DNA from: Gnetum montanum
Lineage: Eukaryota; Plantae; Gnetophyta
Direction of reading: 5' to 3'
Assembly (NCBI GenBank): GCA_015680685.1
Contig: MNCI01001305.1
Location: 217,887-281,886 of the forward strand
Length of the DNA: 64,000 nt
Of this stretch, positions 1-13,429 are shown piece after piece; position 1 is the stretch's first letter, and each line of letters starts with the position of its first letter. Position numbers and translations under genes: made by a program. Under the pieces are notes generated by a model. That model saw only the letters and a program-made list of their open reading frames with translations. It made no database searches and had not been told where the DNA came from.

Positions 1-1799
1 TGATTTGAACAGTCATGTGGAGATAAGGGTTGCTAAATGTAATACCCATATGGATTAGGTTGTCTGTAAGGGTATTGCTACCTTGGGGGTACTAGCGTCC
101 ATTACTATGGTTGCTGCCATTGTTGATATTGTTCATATGGTTGTGGTGGAGTTCCACTTGGATAATACTATTATTGCTAGTGAAATTACCTTGAATTGCC
201 TTAGGGATAAGGCAATCATCTAGGTGTTTACCTTTGTGTTAGTCATGGATTTAAGGCATACATCTTAGCCTCTTGTAAGTGTGACATAATAGGATAATAT
301 CCCTTAGGATGTTCATAATGGTAGATGTCACATCCACCACCATCATCTAATTTTCTTCCTACAACTTTTTATATTGCAATAATTTTTCCCTGACCTTTGT
401 GATAGGCACATTCAACTTTCTTGTGCCTCTACGCTTATGATTACTACCTTATTCTTTGGACTATTTAGTAATTTCTAGGACAACTTGAAATCTACTATCC
501 ATCAGGTCCCATAATTAATCAACCTTGGCTATAATTTTAGATTAAAATTTTTGAAGGAATAAGGTTTTCCGATTTACCACCTCATCAAGTGCTGATTCTT
601 CCTCACTATTAAAAAATTGAACCTCCCTCTTGCCAATGGAGGGATCATAGTTGTAGTCTTTTGTACTTTCTTTTTTTCTTAGTTCTGCTTCTTCTTTAGC
701 TACCTAATCAATCAATCATTGAATCTGATGGGCACTTAATTCTAATAGTTGCCCTTGGGCATAGACACTAAGGGTTTTGGATCAAATCCCATCTACAATG
801 TGGTGAAGTTGGTCTAGTTGAGAATAACCATGGCTAGGACATTTGTGTAATAAGGAATAGTATCAACCAATGATAGCATCTAAGGGTTTTTTGTGCCCTT
901 TTTTTCCATCCTTGGATTTGCCTCCTCAATTTAGACACTTGAGAGTACGTTTGATATTTGTCATTGAACAAGTCAAGCATTGTACTCCATCATCTAATAG
1001 ATTTTGGTTCTAAGGATTAGTACCAATTTTTTGCTTCTTTAATGAGTGTCCTTGGAAACAACTTAAGCTTTTACCACTCATTCTCTATATTTTGCAAGGC
1101 ACATGCATCTTGGAAAGCTTAAAGGTGGTTTTGTGGATTTGAGTTATATTCCCCTTCAAACTGAGGAATATTGTTCATGTCCAGCCTCTTGATTCAGCTA
1201 TTCTTTTTGTGACTTGTGGGAATTTGTACTACCTCTACAATGTCTAGCATACTTTGGGAAGTAAGCAAAGGCTCATTGAGGCTATGATTTTGTGCCTATG
1301 ATGTCCTCTGATACCTATTTTTTTATGGTAGTAGGTTTCTCTTGAATGCCCACACCTCTAATCTTGACTTGCCCAGTGGTCCCTTCAATCATTTTGGTCC
1401 CATCGATAACCTCCATCATAGTCACACCCCCTATAGTTGTAGTCAAAGCCAAAAGAAGAAGAATATGATGACAAAGGTGAAGAGGAAGAAGGACTAGCAT
1501 CATCATGGTGCCTACTACCCCTTCTTTGGTGGTTGTAGCCATGATCATGATCTTGTTTCTTATTTACATTCCTACCATGACTCTTCTTCTTTGATCCTCC
1601 TTTGTCATTGGATCTAATTTTTCCAAAACCAGGGTTGTGGATCATGGACTATAGGTTCTAGTTTTGACCTCCTTCATTGAAGTCAAAGAGAGGAATTTCA
1701 CTAAATGGAAAACCCCCAAAGATGGTTTCTTCACCATCTTTTTGGTGTAGCAGGAAAGGGATATCAATGAAGCACTTTACCTTCATAGATTTGTAGCAT
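1..1799 (-). pseudogene. gag: Degenerate Athila-type gag
   Basis: Gag core motifs are interrupted by stops and frameshifts. The low-complexity N-terminus appears as ORF 1385-1645. The start position is approximate. Confidence 0.7.
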
Positions 1800-2269
1800 T
1801 ATTCTAGCTAGTGATCCTTGAGACATTATGCCTCAGTGGGATGATAATCCCTAGCATCACTATCTTGCTCAATGTACTCAACATGAAGTTCATGGAGACC
1901 CAATCGAATAAGTATTTATTGAAGCATTGCAAGAATGGATCAATCAGGTAACAACATGATGTTTCCCTCCATGTCACACCATCACAACTATTCATCCTCA
2001 TGTAGGATGAAGGTGAAGTTGGATACATACTCATCATGATGAGCATATACCACTCGATATTGTTGAGGCACCTGCTAATGAACCTCATCAGACTTGGATA
2101 GAGAATCACTCCTATGAGAAGAAGATATTTTATGTTAGAGAATAAAAATGTAGCATGCTTTTAAATATTGTTATAGTTATTGTAAAGTGTAATATGACTC
2201 TAGGGTTCATTCAAAAAATTTTGAATGATTCTCACTAAGTCCTAGATAGTGCATGTAACAAGTAAAAGG

Positions 2270-2287
2270 TCCTCAGCAATGGTGCCA
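2270..2287 (-). other. Primer-binding site (tRNA-Asp type, Athila)
   Basis: The minus strand reads TGGCACCATTGCTGAGGA, i.e. the Athila PBS TGGCGCCGTTGCCGGGGA after transitions. It lies 1 nt from the LTR CA end. Confidence 0.8.
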
Positions 2288-2288
2288 A

Positions 2289-3135
2289 TGATGAGTGGCT
2301 AGGTACCCCTATGCCCAACCATATGAATCACAAGTGTTCACATGTGATCCAATCAAACTCCATAAACCTTAAGTTCCTAATTACACTAGTTCTAAGATAG
2401 GAAATGTAATCAAGATGATCGTTGTCTTCTTAGTCCCACTTGTGAGGTACAGGTGTATGGTTAAGTGTGATTGAGGTATATGATTTTTATCATTTGATAT
2501 TTTATAAGTTTAATCACCTAGACCAAGAATGAAAGGTAGAGGAATTTAATATCTAATTAATTTACTATCTAGCTAGCCTAATAGAAGTACTCACTCCCAC
2601 TCTCCAGACACATCCTAAACACATATAGTGCTGCTAGGTTACCAAACATAAGCATTTCTAGGTTACCAAGTGCTACATGTATGCTCGAAGTGGTCATGCT
2701 TGAGTTCATTAACAACTAGAAATTAATTATTTAATTAAAGTGCATTAAATTAAAGTGCATGAATATTAAATGCATTAAAAGAAAAATTAATCTATTCTCA
2801 GTGCTGTAAGGATTATCAAAAATGCTCATTTTTTCCATCACACTACTATGCTTAGGTACATTAGTGCTCGAACAAAGATCCGTACACACTCAAAATTCTA
2901 CTGTGAGCACTTAGAGATATTCTAACTCTAGAATGACTAAACTATAAGAACTTCATTACTCTATGAAAAAAAATATATCAAAATCGTATGTCCAAACACT
3001 ATATTTAGAGGCTGGCATATACCCTGCAATATTGGATATTTGACATTGCATCTTGGGGTCCAATATCGGGTATCCAATATAGAGGCTTTGATATTGGATA
3101 TTTGATATTAGAGTTAGTCAAATCATGAATAATCA
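2289..3135 (-). repeat. 5' LTR of element I (~850 bp)
   Basis: Adjacent to the PBS, with TGAT...CA termini. Homologous to 4095-5034 and, inverted, to 31892-32708 (shared ATGGAGTT.GAT..GATCACA.GT and GGTAACC blocks). Confidence 0.7.
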
Positions 3136-5034
3136 ATTTCCATCCTCTTCTTGCTATTATCCATGCTCTCTTCTTCCATCTTTGTGATGAGGCCTTCTGC
3201 CATCTCCATCTTGACCTTGATTATTTCTTCTTCACTCTTGATCTTATTTTCCCCTATCAGAGTTTAATGATGATGGAAATGGTAAAGGTGGAGGACTAGG
3301 AGAGTTGTGTTGGTTGTCTCTTCTTCTTTTGTCCCTTGGTTGTTCTTTTGGTAAACAACTAGGAAACCTTGGACTTGAGGTTTTCTTGGTTTTATAACTT
3401 GTTCTTCCTTTACCTTGGTTGCTTGCCAAGATTAAATGTAACTATTGATAAGTTGTGTTATCCTCATGGAAGGGAGGAGGACCTTGGTGCTAATATTATC
3501 CTAATGAAAATTCTGAGTCCTTCTTCTCTAATTATGAAATTAGTGAAATCATGACCTTTTAACCCTTGGAGGATTCATGGCATGGCTCCATGAATTTATC
3601 TTTTCTAAGTTGGACTTCTATTAGTTGAAAATCTCTGGAAAAGTGCTCCTTCATTTAGTAATTTGTAAATTACTAGTTCAAGCCCTAGTTTCATTAGAGC
3701 TACCATAAATATTGAAGGAGTAAACTAATTAAAGAGGTAATACAATGTTATGCTCCAAGTTTCTCTAGCATAGTTTTTTATCTTAATGGAGGATGAAAGT
3801 AAATTCCAAATAATAGGGGTCTAGATGTGCATAGAAAACCTTTAGTTATTGAGATATCTCATCAATATTCCTTCTAGGTCTATCATATTGGTGGTTAGAA
3901 TTATTAGTAGATGGTGAATCAATACTATAAGTAGAAGCCACCTTTAGTTTGCTCTTATGAAGTATGCCTTAATAAAATATTATTATTTTTCATGTAGATG
4001 ATGCATTATATTCTTACAATGACTTTGTATGATTTCACTATCTAAAAATGCTTAGTGCATATAGCTAAAATATAGTCCTTGATAATGGTATCAATCATGA
4101 GTAGTGGGTATTTCTTATGCCTAGCCATAAAAATCACTAGCATGTACACATAGTCCTGTCAAATTTCATCAACCTATTTTACCTACATAGCCTATATCTA
4201 TAGATAGAAAAATATGTGGTTACTAATCATTGTGCTCCCAATCATAACTTGTATTAACTTGTTTGTATGACTAAGTGTGATTAAAGTTTAAGATACTTAT
4301 TTTTATAATTTTTATTATTTTCGTTATCTATAAAATGGTTAAATAAAGAAAGGGTTGAAATATTTAACTTTAGTAATTAATTAACCAAACTATCCTAAAT
4401 GTGGAGCATCCATTCCCACTTTCCATACACATACTGAATGTATACTAATATTTTTGGATTACTAAGTATCTACTACTAGGTGTACCAAGTATTCATTATT
4501 GGGATTACCAAGTGTTGGTATATTATGCTCGAAGTGATCGTAATCATGTTGTTTTTGAATTAGAATATTAAATGCTTAAGTAAAAGAAAGTAAACTAAAT
4601 TCAAAATGAAATATTGGAAAATAAATTTAAGCTATTTCAAGTGCTACAATGAATAAAAGAAATCTTGATTTGATTGTCATTCATGCAACTATGTCCATGT
4701 ATATATTGCACTTGAATAAAACTTCATACAATAAATTTAATTCATGTTATGGGCACTTAGAGAAAAAAGGTTTGCTAAGTTCTATGGGAGAAAACTACAA
4801 GAGTTTGGCTAAGGGATTGACCAAATGATGCCATAAATGCACATGGTGTATGTACTTATATAGGGTTTAGGAGGATTAGTGTCAACACATGCATTGAGTT
4901 TCTAGTGGTGTATAGGAATGGGTGATGGGTTTCCCAATACTGAAGCCAACATTCTAAGCATTGGATAAAGCACATTTATCCAATAGTGTAGGCCTAAAAC
5001 CCACAAGAGGGGTTGGATGAAACATTATCCATCA
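3136..5034 (-). mobile_element. Element H: older Athila-type fragment (LTR 4095-5034, decayed PBS 4076-4093, 5' UTR, gag N-terminus) interrupted by element I
   Basis: The sequence tccttgataatggtatca-a-tcatgagtagtgg parallels the PBS/LTR junction of I. The LTR starts TGATGGAT at 5034. ORF 3244-3429 is a basic/Pro-rich segment like the N-terminus of I gag. Confidence 0.65.
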
Positions 5035-6860
5035 CCACTAAGAATCTTGATGTTAGGTATTACGAGTCTTCTAATAGTACTAATGATGATGAGCCCCTCT
5101 CATTTCTTGATAGCATCTAGGATGCCAAATGATGATGCATGGAGGCTAAAGGGGTAGCTAGAGAGAAACTCAAGAGGCCTATGGAGGAGGCACCATCAGC
5201 ATTAGATTAGCCTATCCCAAAAAACCTTAAGTTTAAGCCTAAGCCATCAGAATAGGTAGTTGCAGGTATGCTTTGTGTAAATTTTGTCATTTCATGTTTT
5301 AAAATTTTATGGCTACTTTATGGTTTTATGTGTTAAATAGCTTTCTATGTGCTATGATTGTAGACAAGCCTTAGGTTATAGCAACCTAAGCTATTGTAGA
5401 GGCAAAATAAGGGCATGCAAAAAAAGAGGCACTCCTAAAGTAACCTATGGTTGAAGGATTTGCCAATGTAGGCATACATGATTTAGATGCTTTTTTTGAT
5501 GAGACAGTACCAAGTACTTCTTCCATCATCATCCTAAAGGAGGAAGAGGAGGAAGATTCAAGTATGCCTATGCCTTAATATTTTTGTTATATCTCATTGG
5601 TCATCTTTGGCTATCATCCTAATATTTTGATGATTGTTATACTTTTAGTATTTCATAAGCCACTAGCACAAGCTTCTATCCTTAATTTGAGTGTAAAACC
5701 ATCAGTAGAGACTCCAAAAAAAGTGGAGTTTTTATGTGGAATTTCTAAGGACATCATCAATTGATTGCATCAGGTTACATCTAATATAAGTAAAGATTTT
5801 GTTTTATGTGGTTTGATCATAGGATTTTCTTACATTATGGCTATTTAAGGTTGTGTTTTGTGGTTGTATTTTATGTTTTTGTAGTACCATCCATGGAGTG
5901 GAAGCCTAGCAGAGACATGACGGTAGACTCATTACCTAAGCTTCCCTCTAATGTGTCTAGTATACTCATGAAGTTGTACAACATTGCCATTGATTTCGCA
6001 ATGTCTTACACAAAAGCTTCATGGGAGCTAAAGAGGTCCAATGAATCCCTATGAGAGGAAGTTGTAGCCTTGAGGGAAAAGACTCAAAGGCAAAAGGATA
6101 CGATTAAGAATCCCCAAGACCATAAAGCCTTTGTGAAAGCCCAAGTGGCTAACTCAGGGAAGTTATAGACTAAGGAGATCACATGGGTCCATTGCTGGCA
6201 TGTCATTTAAGACAAAGTAGTGGTCCTATAGGATATGGAGAAATAATGTATGTATATGGACCTCATCTCCCAAAATGTTAAGGACTAGAAGGATCACTGC
6301 ACTTACATCTTAGAGTGGGGCAAGACACAAAAGGCCTATAAGCATCAATATAAGGTCGATTATGGGGCTTACCTAAAGTGGCTTAAGGAAGAGTCAGTTG
6401 AACAACATAAGAGAGAGTTGTTCATTCAAAGGATCCGAGCAGAGAGTGCTTATCAACTTTTTAAAAGCACTCTCAAGGTGGAGCAATCCCCTATTCTTCA
6501 GGTTACCACTATTGTAGGTGAGACTGCTACTTGGACTTCTATAGATAGGTCTGGCATTCTTTCTTGTGTTGATCTTGGGGATGTTGACTAGGTCAATATG
6601 ATGGAGGACTAGATCCTCCATCATTTGGAGGAAGGCATTCCCCATCTATGCCTGGAAGTAATGGAGCTAAAATCTTCATAAGTTTGATACATTTTATGTT
6701 TTAGTCTTTGTTTTAAGTCATGATGTTGGCTATGAGTTACTAACTAGCTATATGTTGTTGCATTTCAATCCTAGAGAGATATTGGCCACCCCAGTAGTGA
6801 GGATGGAAATGACCCACCACTTCCTCCTTCAGATGCCACTCAGCAACCTCCTTCAATTTA
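5035..6860 (+). pseudogene. 3' exons of the antisense accessory gene of element C (acidic tract and coiled coil)
   Basis: WKPSRDMTVDSLPKLPSNVS...ASWELKRSNESL (ORF 5806-6054) aligns with WDPARPMEVGAVPALSPDV...SLWECRRTNEYL in B (57330-57480) and WDP*QAVKVDVVPKLLLEV...SLWECRCVNKDL in A. Short T-rich introns lie between exons. Confidence 0.7.
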
Positions 6861-7139
6861 GTTTGTTTTCTATTTGTTTTTGTTTTTATGTTGATGACTA
6901 TGGTTAGCCAAGACTATGTTATAGATGGTTGTTATTCTTTGACATTTTTTCCACATAGTGTGGCCATGGCTATGTATGTTATGGACATTTAATCTTAAAT
7001 TTTAATTTTTTTTTATTTTGGCTATACGCATCTATAGTAGTAAACATCATAAACATGGCTATATTGATGTTTTGGTTGTAACATTAAATCAATATGATAA
7101 TAGGCTAATCATCAAAAACAAGTGTCATAATAACCAAGA

Positions 7140-7400
7140 TATTTGCTAATTTTAGGCCATTATAAGCACAAGTTATATTGCATGATTGTGGCTACATTAC
7201 TAGTTTAAGGCTATGGTGGGTCATAGTGCCAGTTTTAACATCTTAGCAGACAATATCACCAATTTAATAACTTAGTGAATGAAAGTTTCAATTTAATGTC
7301 TTAGTAGATGAGAATTCTAGTTTAAGGTCATAGAAGACAAAAGTGTCAATTTAACATCTTAGTGAACGAGAATGCCAGTTTAATGTCATAGCGAATCTTA
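7140..7400 (-). repeat. Degenerate ~29 bp tandem repeat (element-sense consensus ~GCTAAGAYNTTAAACTRGC)
   Basis: About 8 units such as gccagttttaacatcttagcagac and ctagtttaaggtcatagaagac. Confidence 0.75.
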
Positions 7401-7599
7401 TTTGAAAGAGACACTTTTTCAATGTTTAAAACATAAGTTAAAATAAAGAAAGGATGTAAATAAAAATGCAAACAAACTTAGCCTACATGTATTAGGTCAT
7501 ATGCATAATGCAAACCAAAAATTGCATATGTAATAAACTATAAATGAAAAGTAGGACTATATGGCTATGGGTGCATCTAGTCATAGAGGCATGGAAAGG

Positions 7600-10500
7600 T
7601 TAAGGTAAACTTCACTTATGCAAATTCTTCCTAATCTTTGCAAGATTAGGAAGTGAGTAAGGACTATTTTGCACAAGCTTGTATTTTCCATCCCCTTAGC
7701 TTACAATGTTAAAAGAGAGTTCATACCATAATGTATCCCATTGCTTATTGTTGTTATCATTGGTTGTCTTAGGTTTTTGCTCTTCATGACTAGGAGCCTT
7801 TTCTTGAAGCTCCACTTCAGACGCTTTTTCTATGTCTACAATTTTTATAACTAGTGAAGGAGCATTATCACCATGAATGATAATCTCACCTCCCTTGTAA
7901 GAAAGGTGAATTTCTTGATGGATGGGTGAGGACACAACTTATGACTAAGTAAACCAAGGTTTTCCTAGGATCAAGTTGAACCTTGGTGTCTCTTCCACCA
8001 TCAAGAAGTTGGCAGTTGTAAATAATTATTCTCTATCTAGAAAACCCAAGGAGATAGACCCCTTGATAATGACTCTTTATCCATTGAATAACTTAAGAGC
8101 TATGATGGTCATTGGTTGTACTTAATTAGTTAAGCCCAAGCATTCAATGATGGTGTATGGGATGATGCTAGTTGCAGCTCCACCATCAACATGCACATGA
8201 TGTATTTTGAATTTTCCTATGCATATGGTTATGAATAAAGGGGCTATAGTAACTTCGCCTTTCTGAGGATTAATCTTAATTTAACTTTTGAAAAATGTCA
8301 AGGGTGTTGACTTCTTCTTCCTTGGTGATGGAGGAACCATCACTGCATGAATGACTTCCTCATTAGTAGGAATATCCTCACTAATGGGTATGGAGATCAA
8401 CATTTTGACTAGCACTTCATGATGTGTGGTTGAGTGATTACCTAACTTGGCCCATTAAACTAAGGAAGTTTTTTTCATTGGTCATGGGTTTGTCATTCTA
8501 GTTGTGCTTTACTTCCTCCATTCATCCCAAAATGCAGACTTAGTATTTAGGCTATGGTTGTTGTGACTCTTTTTGAATGTTTTGATTATGGGCTTTAGTG
8601 TCCTCTTGTGGCTTATGGTTGATAGAGATGGGGCAAATGAGGTCATGGGTATACTCAAAATTGGAGTGGTCTTTGATGGATCCAATTCCTTTCATGCCTC
8701 TATATGCTTGTCTCTCTTGTTATCTAGCTTCTGCTTATGCTTCCTCCCTTGGTTGGCTATAGTTTTTTGCTAGTCAACTGTTGGTTGTAAGGAAGAGGTA
8801 GTAGCATTGGCTACCACAATAGGTTTTTGTTCCATTGTTTGGATTATGGTTGTTTGAGTTGTATTTGAATGAGAGACCTTGATGACAAAAGGTTTCCTTG
8901 GAGGCATTCATGATGGTACTCTCACAACAAAGGGAGATCTTGAGTTATGGGAAGCTAAAGAAACTCTTTCACTACAGAGGGGGTACTTGAATTACAAATG
9001 GTTCTCTTGTAGGTCTCCAATTGTCATCAATGTTGAATTTTAAAATAACATAGGGGCTATCATTAGCATTCAAAGAGTCTTTATAGACCTTCATCGACTA
9101 GTTTTGTGGTTGAACTAGGTTAGAAGCATCTAAGACTAGTTCCCCCCTATCTATCGTCCTTTGTAGGTCATCCTTCAATGCAAGGAAAAAGTTTGTATCA
9201 TGACCAAGTAGCTGTTAAACATGAAAGAAGTGGTCTAGCTTGAAGTATATAGGATACTAGGGATCATCTTGCATTGCCTGAGTGGGATATTTGGCTATTT
9301 CACATAGTCGCTCATGTTTCTTTCGAGTGGCTTCTGTCATTTGTTTGTGTTGCATGTGTCCACTTCTTAATAGTTGATCTAGTAACTAGGATGATTTTAA
9401 TGGAAATGTAGTGTATTTAGACCTCTTCTTCCTTTCAAAGTTAGGTCTATTAGTTGTTAATGTTGTGGTCCTAGAAGGTAATAGTTGGTTATTATGGTCA
9501 TTGGTTGGGGCATTGGGTGGGTTAACCTTCAACCCTTAGTTCATGGTCTTTGTTTCCTTAGTTACATTTGCTATGGTAGTGGTGCCTTGTTTTCTCTTTT
9601 CTTTGTCTCTTTGAGTGTGTTTGGTTTTATATGATATGTAGGCCAAATCATGACTAGCCTCTATAGCATCCTCTATCTTTTTAGTTTGTGAGAATGCTTG
9701 GCTAAGAGACTATGGATAAAGGTAATAGAGTTTAGACTTGATAAAGTCATTAATTACTCCCTTGAATATGGTTAATAAGTGGGCTTCAGCTATGGGCTTT
9801 AGTATTTCATTTAGGAGTCCATTCCATTGCTAAATGAATTTTTGTATGGGTTTTAAGGGCCCCTTCTTGACCTTCATGAGTTGGTCAAGCATTGTGTTAG
9901 GCTTCAAGTTATATTTGAAGTGGTTGACGAATTGGGCTACTAAGTCCTCCAAAGAGGATATGGATCCTCTAGGCAATACGTGATACCAATCAAGTGTATT
10001 CCTAGTTAAAGAGACAATGGATTAAGGTAGTAGAGTTTAGACTTGATAAAGTCATTAACTACTCCCTTGAATATGGCTAATAGATGGGCTTCGACAATGG
10101 GCTCTGGTATTTCATTTAGGGGTCCATTCTATTGCTAAATCAATTTCTATATGGGTTCTAAGGGCCCCTGCTTGACCTTCATGAGTTGATCAAGCATTGT
10201 GTTAGGCTTCAAGTTATATTTGAAGTGGTTGACAAATTGGGCTACTAAGTCCTCCAAAGAGGATATGGATCCTGTAGGCAATACGTGATACCAATCAAGT
10301 GCTTTCCTAGTCAAAGAGACCATGGATTAAGGTAGTAGAGTTTAGACTTGATAAAGTCATTACTACTCCCTTGAATATAGCTAATAGGTGGGCTTCAACA
10401 ATGGGTTCTGGTATTTCATTTAGGAGTTCATTCCATTGCTAAATGAATTTCTGTATGGGTTCTAATGACCCCTACTTGACCTTCCTGAGTTAGTCAAGCA

Positions 10501-12421
10501 TTGTGTTAACCTTCAAGTTATATTTGAAGTTGTTGAAAAATTGGGCTACTAAGTCCTCTAAAGAGGATATGGATCCTGTAGGCAATACGTGATACCAATC
10601 AAGTGCTTTCCTAGTCAAAGAGACCATGGATTAAGGTAGTAGAGTTTAGACTTGATAACATCATTAAATGCTTCCTTGAATATGGCTAATAGGTGGGCTT
10701 CAACTATCGGCTCTGGTATTTCATTTAGGAGTCCATTCCACTACTAAATGAATTTTTGTATGGGTTCTAAGGGCCCCTACTTAACCTTCATGAGTTGGTC
10801 AAGCATTGTGTTAGGCTTCAAGTTATATTTGAAGTGATTGACAAGTTGGGCTACTAAGTCCTCCAAAGAGGATATGGATCCTCTAGGCAATACATGATAC
10901 AAATCAAGTTCTTTCCTAGTCAAAGAGAACATGGATTAAGGTAGTATATTTTAGACTTAATAAAGTCATTAACTACTCCCTTGACTATGGCTAATAGGTG
11001 GGCTTCGACTATGGGTTCTGGTATTTCATTTAGCAGTTCATTCCACCCTTGAATGAATTTTTGTATGGGTTCTAAGGACCCCTACTTGACCTTGATGAGT
11101 TGATCAAGCATTGTGTTAGGCTTCAAGTTATACTTGAAGTGGTTGAGAAACTGGGCTACTAAGTCCTCCAAATAGGATATGGATGCTCCAGGCAATGTGT
11201 GATACCAATCAAGTGCTTTCCCATTTAAAGACATAGGGAAAATCTTCATGATGATATGAGGCCATGGCTGCAAGAGCAAACATTTAGATCAAAAGATAAT
11301 GAGGTGAGCATTAGGATTATCTCCTTCATTATATTTGCTAAATTAGGGAATGGGGATACTAGGAGGCAATGTCAAATGTGGGACTATAGGACTTATGGGA
11401 TCATCTTGGTAGAAGTTCATAATCTTAACAGTTTGTGTGGTAAAGTCTTTAAGCCTCTTCAACTCCTCTATTAGGTCTTAGATCATTTGGAAGACTTGAT
11501 CCAAGCCTTGTGGTGGATCCATAGTTTGTGAGGTTTGTACATAAGGTTGTGGCATCTATTGTGAGGCTTCTAGCATTGTTATGGATTGCATGACCAAAGG
11601 AAAATGTTTCACTATGCTTGTGGCTTGTGGGACAAACAAAAAAAAAATGTTTCTGTTGGTACTTGAGGCACAAATGGGAGAAATGTGGTATGTGACCCTT
11701 GTGTTGCTAGGGGTCTCATGGTGGATCCCATGTGAGTAGTTAATGGCTTTGCAGTGGTAAAAGCCATTGTTGATCATTTGACATATTGAGACTATGTTGC
11801 AAATGACATTGATGTGTTATAGTTTATTGTTTATTACATTGATTAGGTGTGTTATGTGGCTACAATTGACATGGAACCTACTATAGTAGGATGCAGAGTG
11901 GAAGATGGTGGCACTATGCCCATGGAGAAAATAAAAGCAGTAGAAGAAGGTTCTATGATGTTGGGGGATGCTTTTTGGAATAGTCCTCCAAGGATTTTTT
12001 CAAGCTTATATTCTATCATAAATTCATCCTCCTCTTCCTTTTGTTTCCCAAAGGTAGCCTTACCATCTTTCTCTTTTACAATAATCAATTAGGCTAGAAT
12101 GCTAGAATATACATCATTAAGAGAAATTTCTTCATACGGGGATGGAATGTATTCTTTCCCATCCCTATGTATGAGCTCAAACTTCCTTTTGGCCTTGGCA
12201 TCAATTCATGAAATTAGCATGCTTACCTATATTTTGGCACAAATTAAGTTATAGTGATCTTCATTTATAGCTACAAAATCAAGACTCTCCCCTTTGACTC
12301 TCAAAGACCATCAACACTCAATGATGATAGGGTCTTTGGGATCATACACCCTCATGACTTATTGGTTATGATCTTCACTAGTGAAGGTGAAGGGTAATTT
12401 GGTGGACTTTTGAAAAGGCAT
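7600..12421 (-). pseudogene. gag: Degenerate gag-protease of element C
   Basis: IIMKIFPMSLNGKALDWYHTLPGASISYLEDLVAQFLNHF (ORF 11082-11279) is the retrotransposon gag core. The protease motif HVHVDGGAATSII lies near 8160-8200, followed by SSPIHQEIHLSYKGGEIIIHGD. There are many stops. Confidence 0.85.
9706..11234. repeat. Five-copy tandem duplication of a ~305 bp gag segment
   Basis: The unit marker ggat[ta]aaggta.tagagtttagac recurs at 9714, 10019, 10324, 10628 and 10933 (spacings 305, 305, 304, 305). Confidence 0.95.
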
Positions 12422-13042
12422 GGCTATGGTGTTGAGGATTGCTTAATAATGGACTATAAATGGTAAAATAGGGGTAAATTTCAATGCATGGAAATCAAAA
12501 AATCTTAGAGCAAATGAAAATAGAAAAAAATTATATACTTACTATAATTAGTAAAGGGGGGGATAAGGGGGGTTTTCCCCTTTACTAGAAATGTAATGTT
12601 GGCAACATTGGTTTTAAGCCTCACCCAAGTTGGTCTCCCAACTACCTCTATAGTAGGCATGGTGGGGGGTGAGATAATGGAAACCTCACACCTTATTATT
12701 TCAACATTGGAGAAAGGTGGGGAAATTTTGAAGACCAAAATGGAAACTTGGTAGTTTCCAAAGATGGTTTTGGCAAGTTACCAACTTTTACCAAAAAAGG
12801 TGGGAAAAGTAGGCTCGGTTGGTATGGAAACCAACATTAGTTTAGTGGAAAATAATAATGAAACAAGAATTAAATGGTTATTAATTCTTCCACACCAACT
12901 TTTCTTTAGAAATTCATAGTAGTTGTTGTGAAATTCTAGCACCCAAACCACCTGTAGCTTCCACACTAAGGTTTCTGCCACAAGAGGGGTAAAGGCAACG
13001 TTGAATTCCTTGGGAGTTTTGACTTCATAAAATTAAAAAAAA

Positions 13043-13145
13043 NNNNNNNNNNNNNNNNNNNNNNNNNNNNNNNNNNNNNNNNNNNNNNNNNNNNNNNNNN
13101 NNNNNNNNNNNNNNNNNNNNNNNNNNNNNNNNNNNNNNNNNNNNN
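13043..13145. other. Assembly gap (N run)
   Basis: Run of N. Confidence 0.98.
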
Positions 13146-13405
13146 AAACTTTAGAAACTAGAGAATAATGTTTTGGTGGAAAAAAATAGGGAAAAATGAT
13201 ATCAATGCTAACTTTGGGCTATAAAATCCATAGCAAACGCTATGAAAAGCCAAAACCCAACCACCTGCAACTGCCACACTTCAGTTTTGGTCATAGGGAA
13301 GGAAAGACCAACTTTGATACTTCAATGGTTTTGGCTGAAAAATCAAGAAAAGCTTACAAAATGGCAACAAAAAGAATTGATTTGGCGATAGAATTTAGGC
13401 AAAGG

Positions 13406-13421
13406 CCTCTTTCTAGCACCA
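13406..13421 (-). other. PBS of element C (tRNA-Asn complementary)
   Basis: The minus strand reads TGGTGCTAGAAAGAGG versus the canonical TGGCGCTAGAAGGAGG. Confidence 0.8.
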
Positions 13422-13429
13422 AGAAAAAC

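Larger units (their letters stand above)
1..3135 (-). mobile_element. Element I: Athila-type Ty3/Gypsy retrotransposon, 5' part (LTR, PBS, degenerate gag); runs off the window start
   Basis: The minus strand translates to KLKLFPRTLIKEAKNWY (~1020-1070) and YSLLHKCPSHGYSQLDQLHHIVDGI (~785-860), which match Athila gag motifs (RLRLFPFSL..AK.W; LL..CP.HG). The PBS is at 2270-2287 and the LTR at 2289-3135. Confidence 0.8.
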
